Positions 1-7,727 of a stretch of DNA of 12,990 nt are shown in pieces. Made by a program: the position numbers and the translations under genes. The stretch comes from Archangiaceae bacterium (GTDB lineage: Bacteria > Myxococcota > Myxococcia > Myxococcales > Myxococcaceae): positions 1 to 12,990 of the forward strand of contig JAYVCD010000246.1 in the NCBI GenBank assembly GCA_043750125.1, read 5' to 3'. The first letter of the stretch is position 1, and each line of letters begins with the position of its first letter. The notes under the pieces are model-generated. The model had not been told where the DNA came from, searched no databases, and was given only the letters and a program-made list of their open reading frames with translations.

Positions 1-2
1 TC

Positions 3-365
3 ACCGCCAACGCGTTCGACTTCCTGCGCGACATGGTCGACGAGGGGAAGAAGTACGACACGATCGTGCTCGACCCGCCGTCGTTCGCGAAGAACAAGAC
101 CGCGATCGAAGCGGCGATTCGCGGGTACAAGGAAATCAACCTGCGCGCGATGCAGCTGCTCAACCCCGGGGGGTACCTGATCACCGCCAGCTGCACCTAC
201 CATGTGCCCGAAGCGGACTTCGAGGCGATGCTCGACTCGGCGGCTGCGGACGCCAAGCGCCGAATTCAAATCGTCGAGAAGCGCGGAGCGGGAAAAGACC
301 ACCCAGTGCTGCTCGGGCTGCGCGAGACCCGCTACCTCAAGTGCTTCGTGCTGCGGGCCACGTAG
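3..365 (+). CDS. rlmI: Class I SAM-dependent rRNA methyltransferase, RlmI/YccW-like (5' part lies outside the window)
   Basis: Frame is open from base 3 (TANAFDFLRDMVDEGKKYD). It carries IVLDPPSFAK, LITASCT and the C-terminal DHPVLLGLRETRYLK motif typical of RlmI-family m5C methyltransferases. Confidence 0.85.
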   Translation, partial: TANAFDFLRDMVDEGKKYDTIVLDPPSFAKNKTAIEAAIRGYKEINLRAMQLLNPGGYLITASCTYHVPEADFEAMLDSAAADAKRRIQIVEKRGAGKDHPVLLGLRETRYLKCFVLRAT

Positions 366-372
366 GCGGTTT

Positions 373-1365
373 TCAGCTCTCGACCGGCGGCGGCAGTCCC
401 GAGCCGTTGCGCAGCGCGAGGTACAAGCCGGTCAGCAGCAGGTAGGCCAGACCCAGGGCGGGAAGCATTCCGATGCAGCACGCCAGGACTCCGACCAGCA
501 CCACCAGGCCGCTGATGAAGCCGAAGCCGAAGATGCTCATTCGATGCCCGTTGGCGATCTGGAACGAGCGCCGAATCGATTCGAGCGGACCGCTGTCGCC
601 GTAGACCAGTTCCATGTTCGCGAACACCAGCGGAAGCGTCACGTAATAGAGCACCGGAATCAGCGCGAGCCCGCCCACGAGGAGCACTCCGATCGCGGGC
701 CCCCGCAGGGCGCGGCTCCAGTGCTCTACGTCCCCCAGGGAAAGCCCGGTGATGACCGCGGCGATCACCATCAGCCCGGCCAGGTAGAGCAGCACCGGAA
801 CGACGATCATCACCTGAATGAGGATCATCTGGCCGATGTAGCGGCCCAGCTTCGGGAACTGGCTCACGATTCGACCCACGTCGGCTTTCTTCCCGTTGAG
901 CACGTCGATCAAGATCCGGGTCAAGCCCATCTGAAATGAGCCCTGCGCGACCATCGAGACGACCTGCGACATCAGCGAAGAGACCACGCTGACGTAGATC
1001 AGTCCCAAGGTGCCGGCGCGGTTGCCGACGATGCCTTGCGCGACCGCCTGGAAGATCGAGTTGAAGAGAATCGCCACCATTCCCACGGCCAGCAGGATCA
1101 GCACGCAGACCGACAACATCACCCATTCCTGCTTCCACTTTTCGAACGCGTAGGTCCAGATCCCATCGAAGGTGTAGTTGTCGCGGGTGAAGGGAAAGCT
1201 TTCGACCCCGGTGAGACTTCGACAGGTCGGGCACATCGTCTCTGTGCCCTGAACGCAGCATTCGTCGCAGGTGAAGTTTCCACAGCGCGCGCAGGTGCGG
1301 GTGGCCACGCGTTCGGGATGAATCACGCACTGCGCACCAAAACCCTGGTTCCGTGGATCCTGCAT
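373..1365 (-). CDS. Polytopic membrane protein with N-terminal B-box-like zinc-binding motif
   Basis: 330-aa ORF. N-terminal CVIH..CARC..CDEC..CPTC cluster followed by several hydrophobic TM segments and a 'GPLESIRRSF' motif of the kind seen in DUF975-like membrane proteins. GC3-rich codons. Confidence 0.75.
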   Translation of the reverse strand: MQDPRNQGFGAQCVIHPERVATRTCARCGNFTCDECCVQGTETMCPTCRSLTGVESFPFTRDNYTFDGIWTYAFEKWKQEWVMLSVCVLILLAVGMVAILFNSIFQAVAQGIVGNRAGTLGLIYVSVVSSLMSQVVSMVAQGSFQMGLTRILIDVLNGKKADVGRIVSQFPKLGRYIGQMILIQVMIVVPVLLYLAGLMVIAAVITGLSLGDVEHWSRALRGPAIGVLLVGGLALIPVLYYVTLPLVFANMELVYGDSGPLESIRRSFQIANGHRMSIFGFGFISGLVVLVGVLACCIGMLPALGLAYLLLTGLYLALRNGSGLPPPVES

Positions 1366-1432
1366 CTACCCCCCTGGCCGGTGAGCGCGCGACGCTATCT
1401 CGACCCCAGCTGGGCTAACACTCGGAAGTTCG

Positions 1433-1912
1433 ATGCCCGTTCCTCCCGAAGTGACCCGCGCGCTGACCGAGACCCGCGCGGTGCTGCGAAAAGCCGACCG
1501 CGCGTGGTCTTCCCATTCATGCCCGGCGAGCGCCGAGTGCTGCCAACTGAAGACCACCGGTCGCCCCCCCTGGCTGTGGCCGAGCGAATGGACGCTGTTG
1601 ATGCAGAAGGTGAAAGGAGTCTTGCCCCCCGCGCGAGAGGACGAAGGGTGCCCGTTCCTCGATTCCACCGGCCTGCGCTGCACCGTGTATGAAGATCGCC
1701 CGCTCGGCTGCCGCACCTTCTTCTGCCATCGGATCACGGGACCGGCGGCAGTGCCGGCAGTCGCGACGAATGCGTTGTTTGATCGGCTGCGCGCCCTGAA
1801 CATCGCCCTCGACGACGAAGCGCAGGTCAGATCTCTGCCCCAGTGGTACGAAGCCGAACGTGAACGCGCTGCTGCTGGCCTTCATCCTGTTGGCCGTCCC
1901 CGCACTTCCTGA
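1433..1912 (+). CDS. YkgJ family cysteine cluster protein (CxxCxxCC-type)
   Basis: Motifs CPASAECC, GCPFLD and CTVYEDRPLGCRTF are diagnostic of the family. Confidence 0.88.
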   Translation: MPVPPEVTRALTETRAVLRKADRAWSSHSCPASAECCQLKTTGRPPWLWPSEWTLLMQKVKGVLPPAREDEGCPFLDSTGLRCTVYEDRPLGCRTFFCHRITGPAAVPAVATNALFDRLRALNIALDDEAQVRSLPQWYEAERERAAAGLHPVGRPRTS

Positions 1913-3146
1913 CCGGATTTTTCTCAAGAGCCCGACCCGCAGCTTCACCGCCACGCACCAGCTGGCGCTCGAGGACGGGCGGCTGTGGTGGAAAGCCGAA
2001 GGGGGAAAGGAGTGGAGCCTCGCGCCTCCGGACGGCTTGCCGGCTCCGGGTGGCCGGCTGGAATCGATCAAAGAGCTGATCGATCTGCCGGGCCTGTCGG
2101 ACCCGTTCGTTCGTCCAAGGAAGCTCACGTCGCTGACCGCCGACGGGCAGAACGTGATCGTCGTCAGTGACGAAGGGCTCGTCTTCTACGCCAAGCTGCC
2201 GGGGCTCGAGTGGACCCACCTGTGGGGCCCCGCGGGATTCAAGCAGCCCCTGAAGGTCGACTTTCTGCACCGGGCGCTGGCGATTTCCCACCGCAAGCAG
2301 CCCTACGAAGACATCGATGGCAACTCGCACCCGGTGACCGCCGGAGTCACCACGCTCTACGTCTTGTCGGCCGATGGCCGGACGCTGTCGTACGCGGATC
2401 CGTGGCTGCTGCCGAAGTTCAGCCACCGGATCTGCTTGCCGCGAAAAAACCAGTTCGTCGCCGCGGCGATGAGCGCGAGCGCGTCGACCGTCTTCGTGCT
2501 CGACGCCGCGGGCCACGGCTTCACCCGGCTGGTGGACTTCGACACCCAGGGGCTCAACCCGGGGCTGCCGTACTCGTGGGAACGGGAGCGGCGAACAGGG
2601 TTGAAGTCGGTGGTGCGCACCCTGCCGTCGGAAGACTGGAAAGAGCAGCCCCCGCTGCCTGGCCTTGCGACCGACCGGATCACGGTGCTGCAGACCGGCG
2701 AAGGAAATGCCGCGCGCCAACTGCGGGTCGAGGGTGAAGACGGCTACTGGAAGAAGGCGATTGCCGATTCGAAATGGGAATTCGTGCAGACCGGAGAAAA
2801 GGCGCAGGGGTCCTGGCTCGATTCGCGGGCGCTGACCCCGGTGGCTCAGGCGCGCGGGGTGTTCAAGGGCGTCTTCAAGGACCTGACGGCCGAGCTGAAG
2901 GGCTTTGATCTCGAGTGCTCGCCGGCGAAGGTGACGTTCCACCGGGGAAAAGAGGAAATCGACTTCGAGCTCCACTTCTACGGTGAGGGCCGCCACCTGA
3001 AGGGAGCGCTGATTGTCGCGGGCCCGCTCAACGCCACGGCCCGAAAGGTGCTCGACGGCAAGAGCTGGGCAGCGGTAGATCTGGAGGTCGAGGAGAGCTC
3101 GATCGTGGTCATCGATCGCAGCCTGCAGCTGAGGTTCGAGCGCTGA
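1860..3146 (+). CDS. Hypothetical secreted protein
   Basis: 428-aa ORF with strong GC3 bias and an N-terminal hydrophobic signal-like segment (MNALLLAFILLAVPA). No family recognised. The GTG start is uncertain. Confidence 0.7.
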   Translation: MNALLLAFILLAVPALPDRIFLKSPTRSFTATHQLALEDGRLWWKAEGGKEWSLAPPDGLPAPGGRLESIKELIDLPGLSDPFVRPRKLTSLTADGQNVIVVSDEGLVFYAKLPGLEWTHLWGPAGFKQPLKVDFLHRALAISHRKQPYEDIDGNSHPVTAGVTTLYVLSADGRTLSYADPWLLPKFSHRICLPRKNQFVAAAMSASASTVFVLDAAGHGFTRLVDFDTQGLNPGLPYSWERERRTGLKSVVRTLPSEDWKEQPPLPGLATDRITVLQTGEGNAARQLRVEGEDGYWKKAIADSKWEFVQTGEKAQGSWLDSRALTPVAQARGVFKGVFKDLTAELKGFDLECSPAKVTFHRGKEEIDFELHFYGEGRHLKGALIVAGPLNATARKVLDGKSWAAVDLEVEESSIVVIDRSLQLRFER

Positions 3147-3169
3147 AAACACGGTCAGAGAAGAGGCAC

Positions 3170-4414
3170 ATGCGGAAGTGGACATCGGTAGCACTGGCCC
3201 TCGGGCTGGCGTGCGGCCCGGCGAAGGAAGCAAAGTTTTCGGTGCGCGCGAGCGTAGAGCAGCTGCACGTGACGCACGCCGAGCCCGGTGCGGTGCTCGA
3301 GGCGCGCACGGCAGCCGGGGTGGTGGCCACCGGAACCACCGACCCGCTGGGAAGCCTGATGTTTCGCAAGTTGCCCGCGGCGCCGGGCTACGTGGTGCGG
3401 CTCAAAGATTCGAACCCCGTCGAGCAGAGCGCGCCGGTGACGGTGATGTCGATTGCCTCGAGCGCGCCTTCGCCCGACCTCTACACCACCCAGCCGCTGG
3501 TTCCGGGCCTGAACTACCTGAAGATGCGCGATGGGACGACGCTGTCGGCTTTCGTCACCTTGCCGGGGACGGTGAAGGGCTTCGAGTTCCTCTGCGCTGA
3601 TTTTCCCATCGTCTGCACCCCGCCCTACGACGGCACTGCGTTGCTGGCGGGCATGGAAGGCTACGCGACGGTGAGCGTGAACATGCGGGGAACCGGTTGC
3701 TCAGGGGGCGCCTACGACTACTTCGAGCAGATGCAGCTGCTCGACGGGTACGACGTGATCGAGATTGTCGCCGCGCAGACCTGGGCTCTGCACCACCATG
3801 TGGGAATGGTCGGCCTTTCGTACCCGGGCATCTCGCAGCTGGCCGAGCACGACCGGCTGAACCCGTCGATCTTCGCCGAGAAGATCAACGTCCCGGTGTT
3901 CCTCACCGGATCCTGGCAGGACGAGCAGACCGGCCCCTACTTCTTCACCCTCTTCGATCGCTTCACCTCTTCGCCCGCGGCTCGGATGACGGCGACCAAT
4001 GGGGTCCACATCGACGGGCTGTCGCCGCAGGTGCTGGCCGAATGGCAGGTGTTCCTCGACTTGTTCGTCGCGCGGCGGGTGCCGGTGGATTCGAAGCTGC
4101 GCAACTTCGCCCCTTTCATCTTCGACAGCGTCTACCACTCGAAGATGCAGCTGCCGGCGACCCGCTTCACCCAGTACGCCACGCTCGAAGAAGCGATCGC
4201 CGCGTGGAAAGCCGAGCCGAAGCTGCGGGTGATCTTCGAGAGCGGCGCCGGCGACCCGAGCGATTGGGGCGCTCCGAAAGGAACCTTCGAGCACAGCTTT
4301 GCCCAGTGGCCTGCGTCGACGGCTCCACTGAGGCTGTACTTTCAACCCGGTGGGGGCCTGAGCGCGCAAGCTCCGACGGCGACGGAAGCGGCCTCGACTT
4401 TCCGGCTCGACTGA
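3170..4414 (+). pseudogene. CocE/NonD family hydrolase lipoprotein, N-terminal/catalytic part, with internal deletions and a premature TGA
   Basis: RBS-like GAGG upstream and lipobox GLAC (Cys15). Motifs MRDGTTL, VNMRGTGCSGG, nucleophile elbow GLSYPG (Ser217), GSWQDEQ (Asp251) and NGVH (His280). Ends at an in-frame TGA (4412-4414) while the same frame continues. Confidence 0.8.
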
Positions 4415-4465
4415 TTACAGGGCGCGCGCGGGGTCCTCGCACCCGGGGCGGACATCTGGGCCAAG

Positions 4466-5056
4466 TTGCCGGTTTGGAACTGGAAGCAGCCGAAGTCGGG
4501 CGATGCGGTGGTGTTCGAAGGTGAGCCGTTGACCGCCGACCTGGCCCTGGTGGGAACGGCGAGCGTGGATCTCTGGCTCAGCTCGCCGGTCGACGATGCG
4601 GATCTGCAGGTGACGATCTCGGAAGCTCGGCCCGATGGAAAAGAGACCTACGTGCAATCGGGGTGGCTGCGCGCGAGGCATCGCCTGCCCGGGCCCGACG
4701 CGACGGTGACGTGGCCGGCGCAGACCTTCGAGCAGAAGAATGGTTCGCCTTTGCCGCTGAACGGGTGGACCGAAGTGCGGGTGCCGACCGCCGGATTTGC
4801 CCACGTGATGCGCGCGGGCTCGAGGGTGCGGATCCAGATCGACACCCCCGGCGGTACCCGAGCCGACTGGCGGTTCGCGCTGAAACAGTTTTCAGGCGAG
4901 GTCCGGTACGCGATCGGTCACGACAGCGTCCGGGCCTCGAGCGTGGTGTTGCCGCAGGTCGAAGGCTTCACGATTCCGGCGGGGCGCCCACCCTGCCCGT
5001 CTTTGCGCGGACAGCCGTGCCGCGACTGGGCCGCCTTTCTCAACGTGGCCCGTTAG
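4466..5056 (+). pseudogene. CocE/NonD hydrolase C-terminal non-catalytic (PepX_C-like) domain, in-frame continuation of 3170..4414
   Basis: Same frame as 3170 (offset 1296 = 432 codons), open from 4415. Motifs EPLTADLALVGTASVDLW, DADLQVTISE, YVQSGWLRA, AHVMRAGSRVRI and SSVVLP. Confidence 0.8.
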
Positions 5057-5409
5057 CGTTTCTTCTTCGCGGAGCCTTCGACGATCGTCTTGAACCCTCC
5101 GTACATCATGCGTTCGCCATCGAAGGGCATCGTTGCAGAGGTGAAGCCTTCGAGAGCCATGTCCTTCATCACCTTCGCGTTGACGCGATCGCGGTGCGCG
5201 CGGGACTTGAAGACAATCCACGAGAAGACCACCGTCTCGCCGGGTTTGAGCTTGATCATCTGCGGAAACGACACCCCGAACTTCACGGCGAGGTCGTCGC
5301 CAACGGTTTCCTTGAACTCGAGCGCTCCATGGCGCAGCCACAACTTGGCTCCCTTCAGGGGCATCATCCGCCCATTGACGACAACTGGGGTAAAAACTGT
5401 ATTAAACAC
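5053..5409 (-). CDS. DUF1428 domain protein, apparently N-terminally truncated (likely pseudogene)
   Basis: W..HGALE...VGDD, KPGETVVFSWI, SRAHRDRVNAKVMKD and MPFDGERMMYGGF are DUF1428 motifs. Homology stops near 5360, the YVDGF N-terminal motif is absent, and the upstream codons are AT-rich. Its stop overlaps the CocE stop (TTAG, 5053-5056). Confidence 0.8.
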   Translation of the reverse strand: MFNTVFTPVVVNGRMMPLKGAKLWLRHGALEFKETVGDDLAVKFGVSFPQMIKLKPGETVVFSWIVFKSRAHRDRVNAKVMKDMALEGFTSATMPFDGERMMYGGFKTIVEGSAKKKR

Positions 5410-5438
5410 GTAAACACGGGTGCCAAATTACCCCAACT
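5383..5438. repeat. AT-rich patch with inverted and tandem direct repeats
   Basis: Inverted repeat TGGGGTAA (5386-5393) / TTACCCCA (5428-5435). Tandem TAAACACG at 5403-5410 and 5411-5418. AACT at 5383-5386 and 5435-5438. About 41% GC over 5374-5443 by hand count. Confidence 0.6.
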
Positions 5439-5981
5439 CAATCGCACTGTGTCTCGCCCCTGGCAACCGCAGCCTTTCCCCGTTGAACCCGCCCTGGAGC
5501 CCGGAAAGGAACACGCCACGGCCCCGTACCGCCGCTCTCGTCCAAAGCAACGACGAAGCAACGAGAACCCGGTGAGGCCCGGCACTGGCGCTGCGTTCGT
5601 CATTCGTTCTCCAACAATGTTCCCCTTCGTCGCCTGATCCTCGAGGGGCAGGAACGGAAGGCCGGTGGCCCGACAGCGCATCCATCAAAAATCAACTGCC
5701 CGACCCAACCTTCCGAGGCAGCACCCTGGGCCCTCGCCCGTCAGCGGGTGCGATCGAAAAACTTCACGCCCTCAGCGACACGATTCTCCGTGGCCCCCCG
5801 GCGCCGAGGGGATCTGCGAAGGCGAATATTGCCTTCAGGCCGACGGGGTTTGCCTGCGTCCACGGACCGAGGCTCGACCGAGGGGCCTCGGCCTTGCGAC
5901 TCGGGGATCCTCACCCGCCCGTGAACGAAACGGTGCCCCTTCCCTCGGGATGAACCGAATGAGGCCCCGGGGTTCGACGCT

Positions 5982-7529
5982 TCAGATCGCCTTGCGCGCC
6001 CGAGCCAGGTACATCCGGCGGGAAGCCAGACCGTTGGTTCCCCCGTTGATCCGGCGGGTGATTCCGAGGAAGTCGCCCCGGTCGGCCAGTGCATTGAGGC
6101 CGTGGGATTTCCAGAAGTAGGCCGCGATGCGGAAGGCGACCGCGGGTTTCGCCGCCAACTTCGGATTGGCCTCGAGGTTCAGGCCCAGTGCCCGACCGAC
6201 GCTGCGGTAGTTGGCGCGACCGGTGAGCTGAATCGGCCCGCGGCCCTTGTAGCGCTTGCCATCGCCGGGTCGCACGTTGCCCAGGTCGCGACGGCCTTCG
6301 TACGCGGCGCCCGAGGCGATCTCTTCCATGTAGCGAAGCCCACCGCTCTCGTGCGCCAGCTGGGCGATGAATTGTTCTTTGCGCTTCTCGGTGGTGATCC
6401 CCATCTCGCCCATCGCCTTGTTGAGGAAGGGCAGGTACAGGCGCGCCTTAGCGGCACTGAGGTTGGGCATGATCTGGTGCAGCTGCGACTGGGTGATGCC
6501 CCCCTGCCTGGTCTTCAGCGCCTTGTCGATCGCCCGCAGGGTTCCGGCGCCGACCGCCCCGTTGACCTTGATGTGGTTCTTCTTCTGAAAAGCTTTGACC
6601 GACTTCTCGGTGGCGGCGCTGAAGAGGCCGTCGACCTTGCCGGTCTTGAAGCCGAGGAATTTCAGCTTCGCTTCAGTGCGCTTCACCGATGCGTCGCGCT
6701 CATTCAAACGCTGCGCCGGGCTGGTGGCGTTCGTCGCGGCAAACAGCTTGTTCTTCAGCTTCGCCCAGGTCTTCGCATCGACGACCCCGGTCTGGGCGAG
6801 GTTCGAGCTCTTCTGGAACGCCTTGATCGCCGCGCCGGTGCGTGAGCCAAAGATCGAGTTCTGAGCACCCAGCTCGTAGCCCGCTGCCTCGAGGTGCTTC
6901 TGGACGTTCAAGACCGCGCGGCCCTTGGCGCCCGGGCCGATGCCTTCGGTTTTCGCGGCCGCTCTCGCAGTCAGCGCATCGAGGCGGTTGTGCTGCTTGA
7001 CGTTGCCAATCTCTCGCTTGCTGAAGAACTTCTTCCCGATCGTGTGGCCCTTGTCGGTGACCTGCTTGTCGGCCCGGCGATGGCGTTCGACGGCGGCGGC
7101 GGTCGCCTTGTCGAAGATTCCGTCGGCGGAGCCGGGGCGAAATCCGAGCTTCTCGAGCATCTTCTCGGCGCGAAGAATGTCCGAGCCGCTCTGGCCGACG
7201 CGCGCTCCCTTCTCGAAGCCGTCTTTGACGAACAGGTCGGTCGACCGGATCGCGGTCAAGGTCTTCCCGCCCACGATTCCCGAAGCCGCAAGTCCCTTCG
7301 CTTTCTGCAGCGCGGTGACGGCGGCGGCGGTGACTGCGTCGAAAGTGCCGTTCACTGGGCCGGAATACAGACCCGCCGAAGCCAGCTGCCGCTGCAGGGC
7401 AGCCACCGCGGTGCCGGTGTCCCCCAGGTTGAGCGCATTGCCCGCCTTCAGCTGGGCGGTGATCTCCGCGAGATCCTTCGTCACTGCCTTCACTTCTTTC
7501 GGCAGCACCCGGTGGGTCAGAACGCGCAT
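5982..7529 (-). CDS. Peptidoglycan-binding domain (x4) + glycoside hydrolase family 19 lysozyme-like protein
   Basis: ATG at 7529 preceded by AAGGAG. Four PG_binding_1-like repeats (e.g. GDTGTAVAALQRQL..VNGTFD..T..AV..LQ...GL..SGIVG..T). C-terminal GH19 motifs FIAQLAHES, YEGRRDLGN, YKGRGPIQLTGRANY and ITRRINGG. Confidence 0.92.
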   Translation of the reverse strand: MRVLTHRVLPKEVKAVTKDLAEITAQLKAGNALNLGDTGTAVAALQRQLASAGLYSGPVNGTFDAVTAAAVTALQKAKGLAASGIVGGKTLTAIRSTDLFVKDGFEKGARVGQSGSDILRAEKMLEKLGFRPGSADGIFDKATAAAVERHRRADKQVTDKGHTIGKKFFSKREIGNVKQHNRLDALTARAAAKTEGIGPGAKGRAVLNVQKHLEAAGYELGAQNSIFGSRTGAAIKAFQKSSNLAQTGVVDAKTWAKLKNKLFAATNATSPAQRLNERDASVKRTEAKLKFLGFKTGKVDGLFSAATEKSVKAFQKKNHIKVNGAVGAGTLRAIDKALKTRQGGITQSQLHQIMPNLSAAKARLYLPFLNKAMGEMGITTEKRKEQFIAQLAHESGGLRYMEEIASGAAYEGRRDLGNVRPGDGKRYKGRGPIQLTGRANYRSVGRALGLNLEANPKLAAKPAVAFRIAAYFWKSHGLNALADRGDFLGITRRINGGTNGLASRRMYLARARKAI

Positions 7530-7667
7530 GGTTTGATCAGGCTCCTTAAAGAGGGGCCTGACTCTACCCACCCAAGATTTCCAGGTTCAGCCAGCGGTCC
7601 GAGCGTCAGCCGGGCGTGACAGGTGAGACTTTTTGCTGCATCACCTCCAGTCGCCCGTACCCCCACG

Positions 7668-7698
7668 AAAAAAGCCTCCCGCGATGAAGGGGAGGCTT
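7668..7698 (-). terminator. Rho-independent terminator after the DUF6748-type lipoprotein gene
   Basis: 9-bp stem AAGCCTCCC (7672-7680) / GGGAGGCTT (7690-7698), 9-nt loop, and a U-tract on the minus strand (plus-strand A6 at 7668-7673). Lies about 30 bp past the stop at 7728. Confidence 0.85.
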
Positions 7699-7727
7699 CG
7701 TTCAATCACGACAATTTTCGACTGAAG

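Noticed and set aside
4412..4460. Selenocysteine or alternative-code reading of the in-frame TGA
   Set aside because: Not a Cys or redox context, no convincing SECIS-like hairpin, TGA serves as a normal stop in other genes here, and the gene has other lesions.
5390..5426. LexA box, dif site, sigma54 promoter or Tn3-type end in the AT-rich patch
   Set aside because: Only partial matches. TGGCAC on the minus strand lacks a TTGC at -12, there is no XerD arm, and Tn3 ends need about 38-bp repeats with 5-bp duplications.
5820..5870. c-di-GMP-I riboswitch-like words (GGACGCA, GGCAAACC) on the minus strand
   Set aside because: The elements are in the wrong order and there is no GAAA tetraloop stem.
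5364..6120. Short ORFs 5364..5681, 5428..5688, 5665..6120 and 5741..6094
   Set aside because: No motifs, weak codon bias and no clear RBS. The last two overlap the GH19 gene.
6990..7060. Possible small deletion after the second PG-binding repeat (IGKKFF|SKREIG)
   Set aside because: The repeat ends atypically, but I cannot support a gap without an alignment.
5982..7529. Prophage lysis cassette
   Set aside because: No holin, spanin, structural or integrase genes in the window, and codon usage matches the neighbouring genes.
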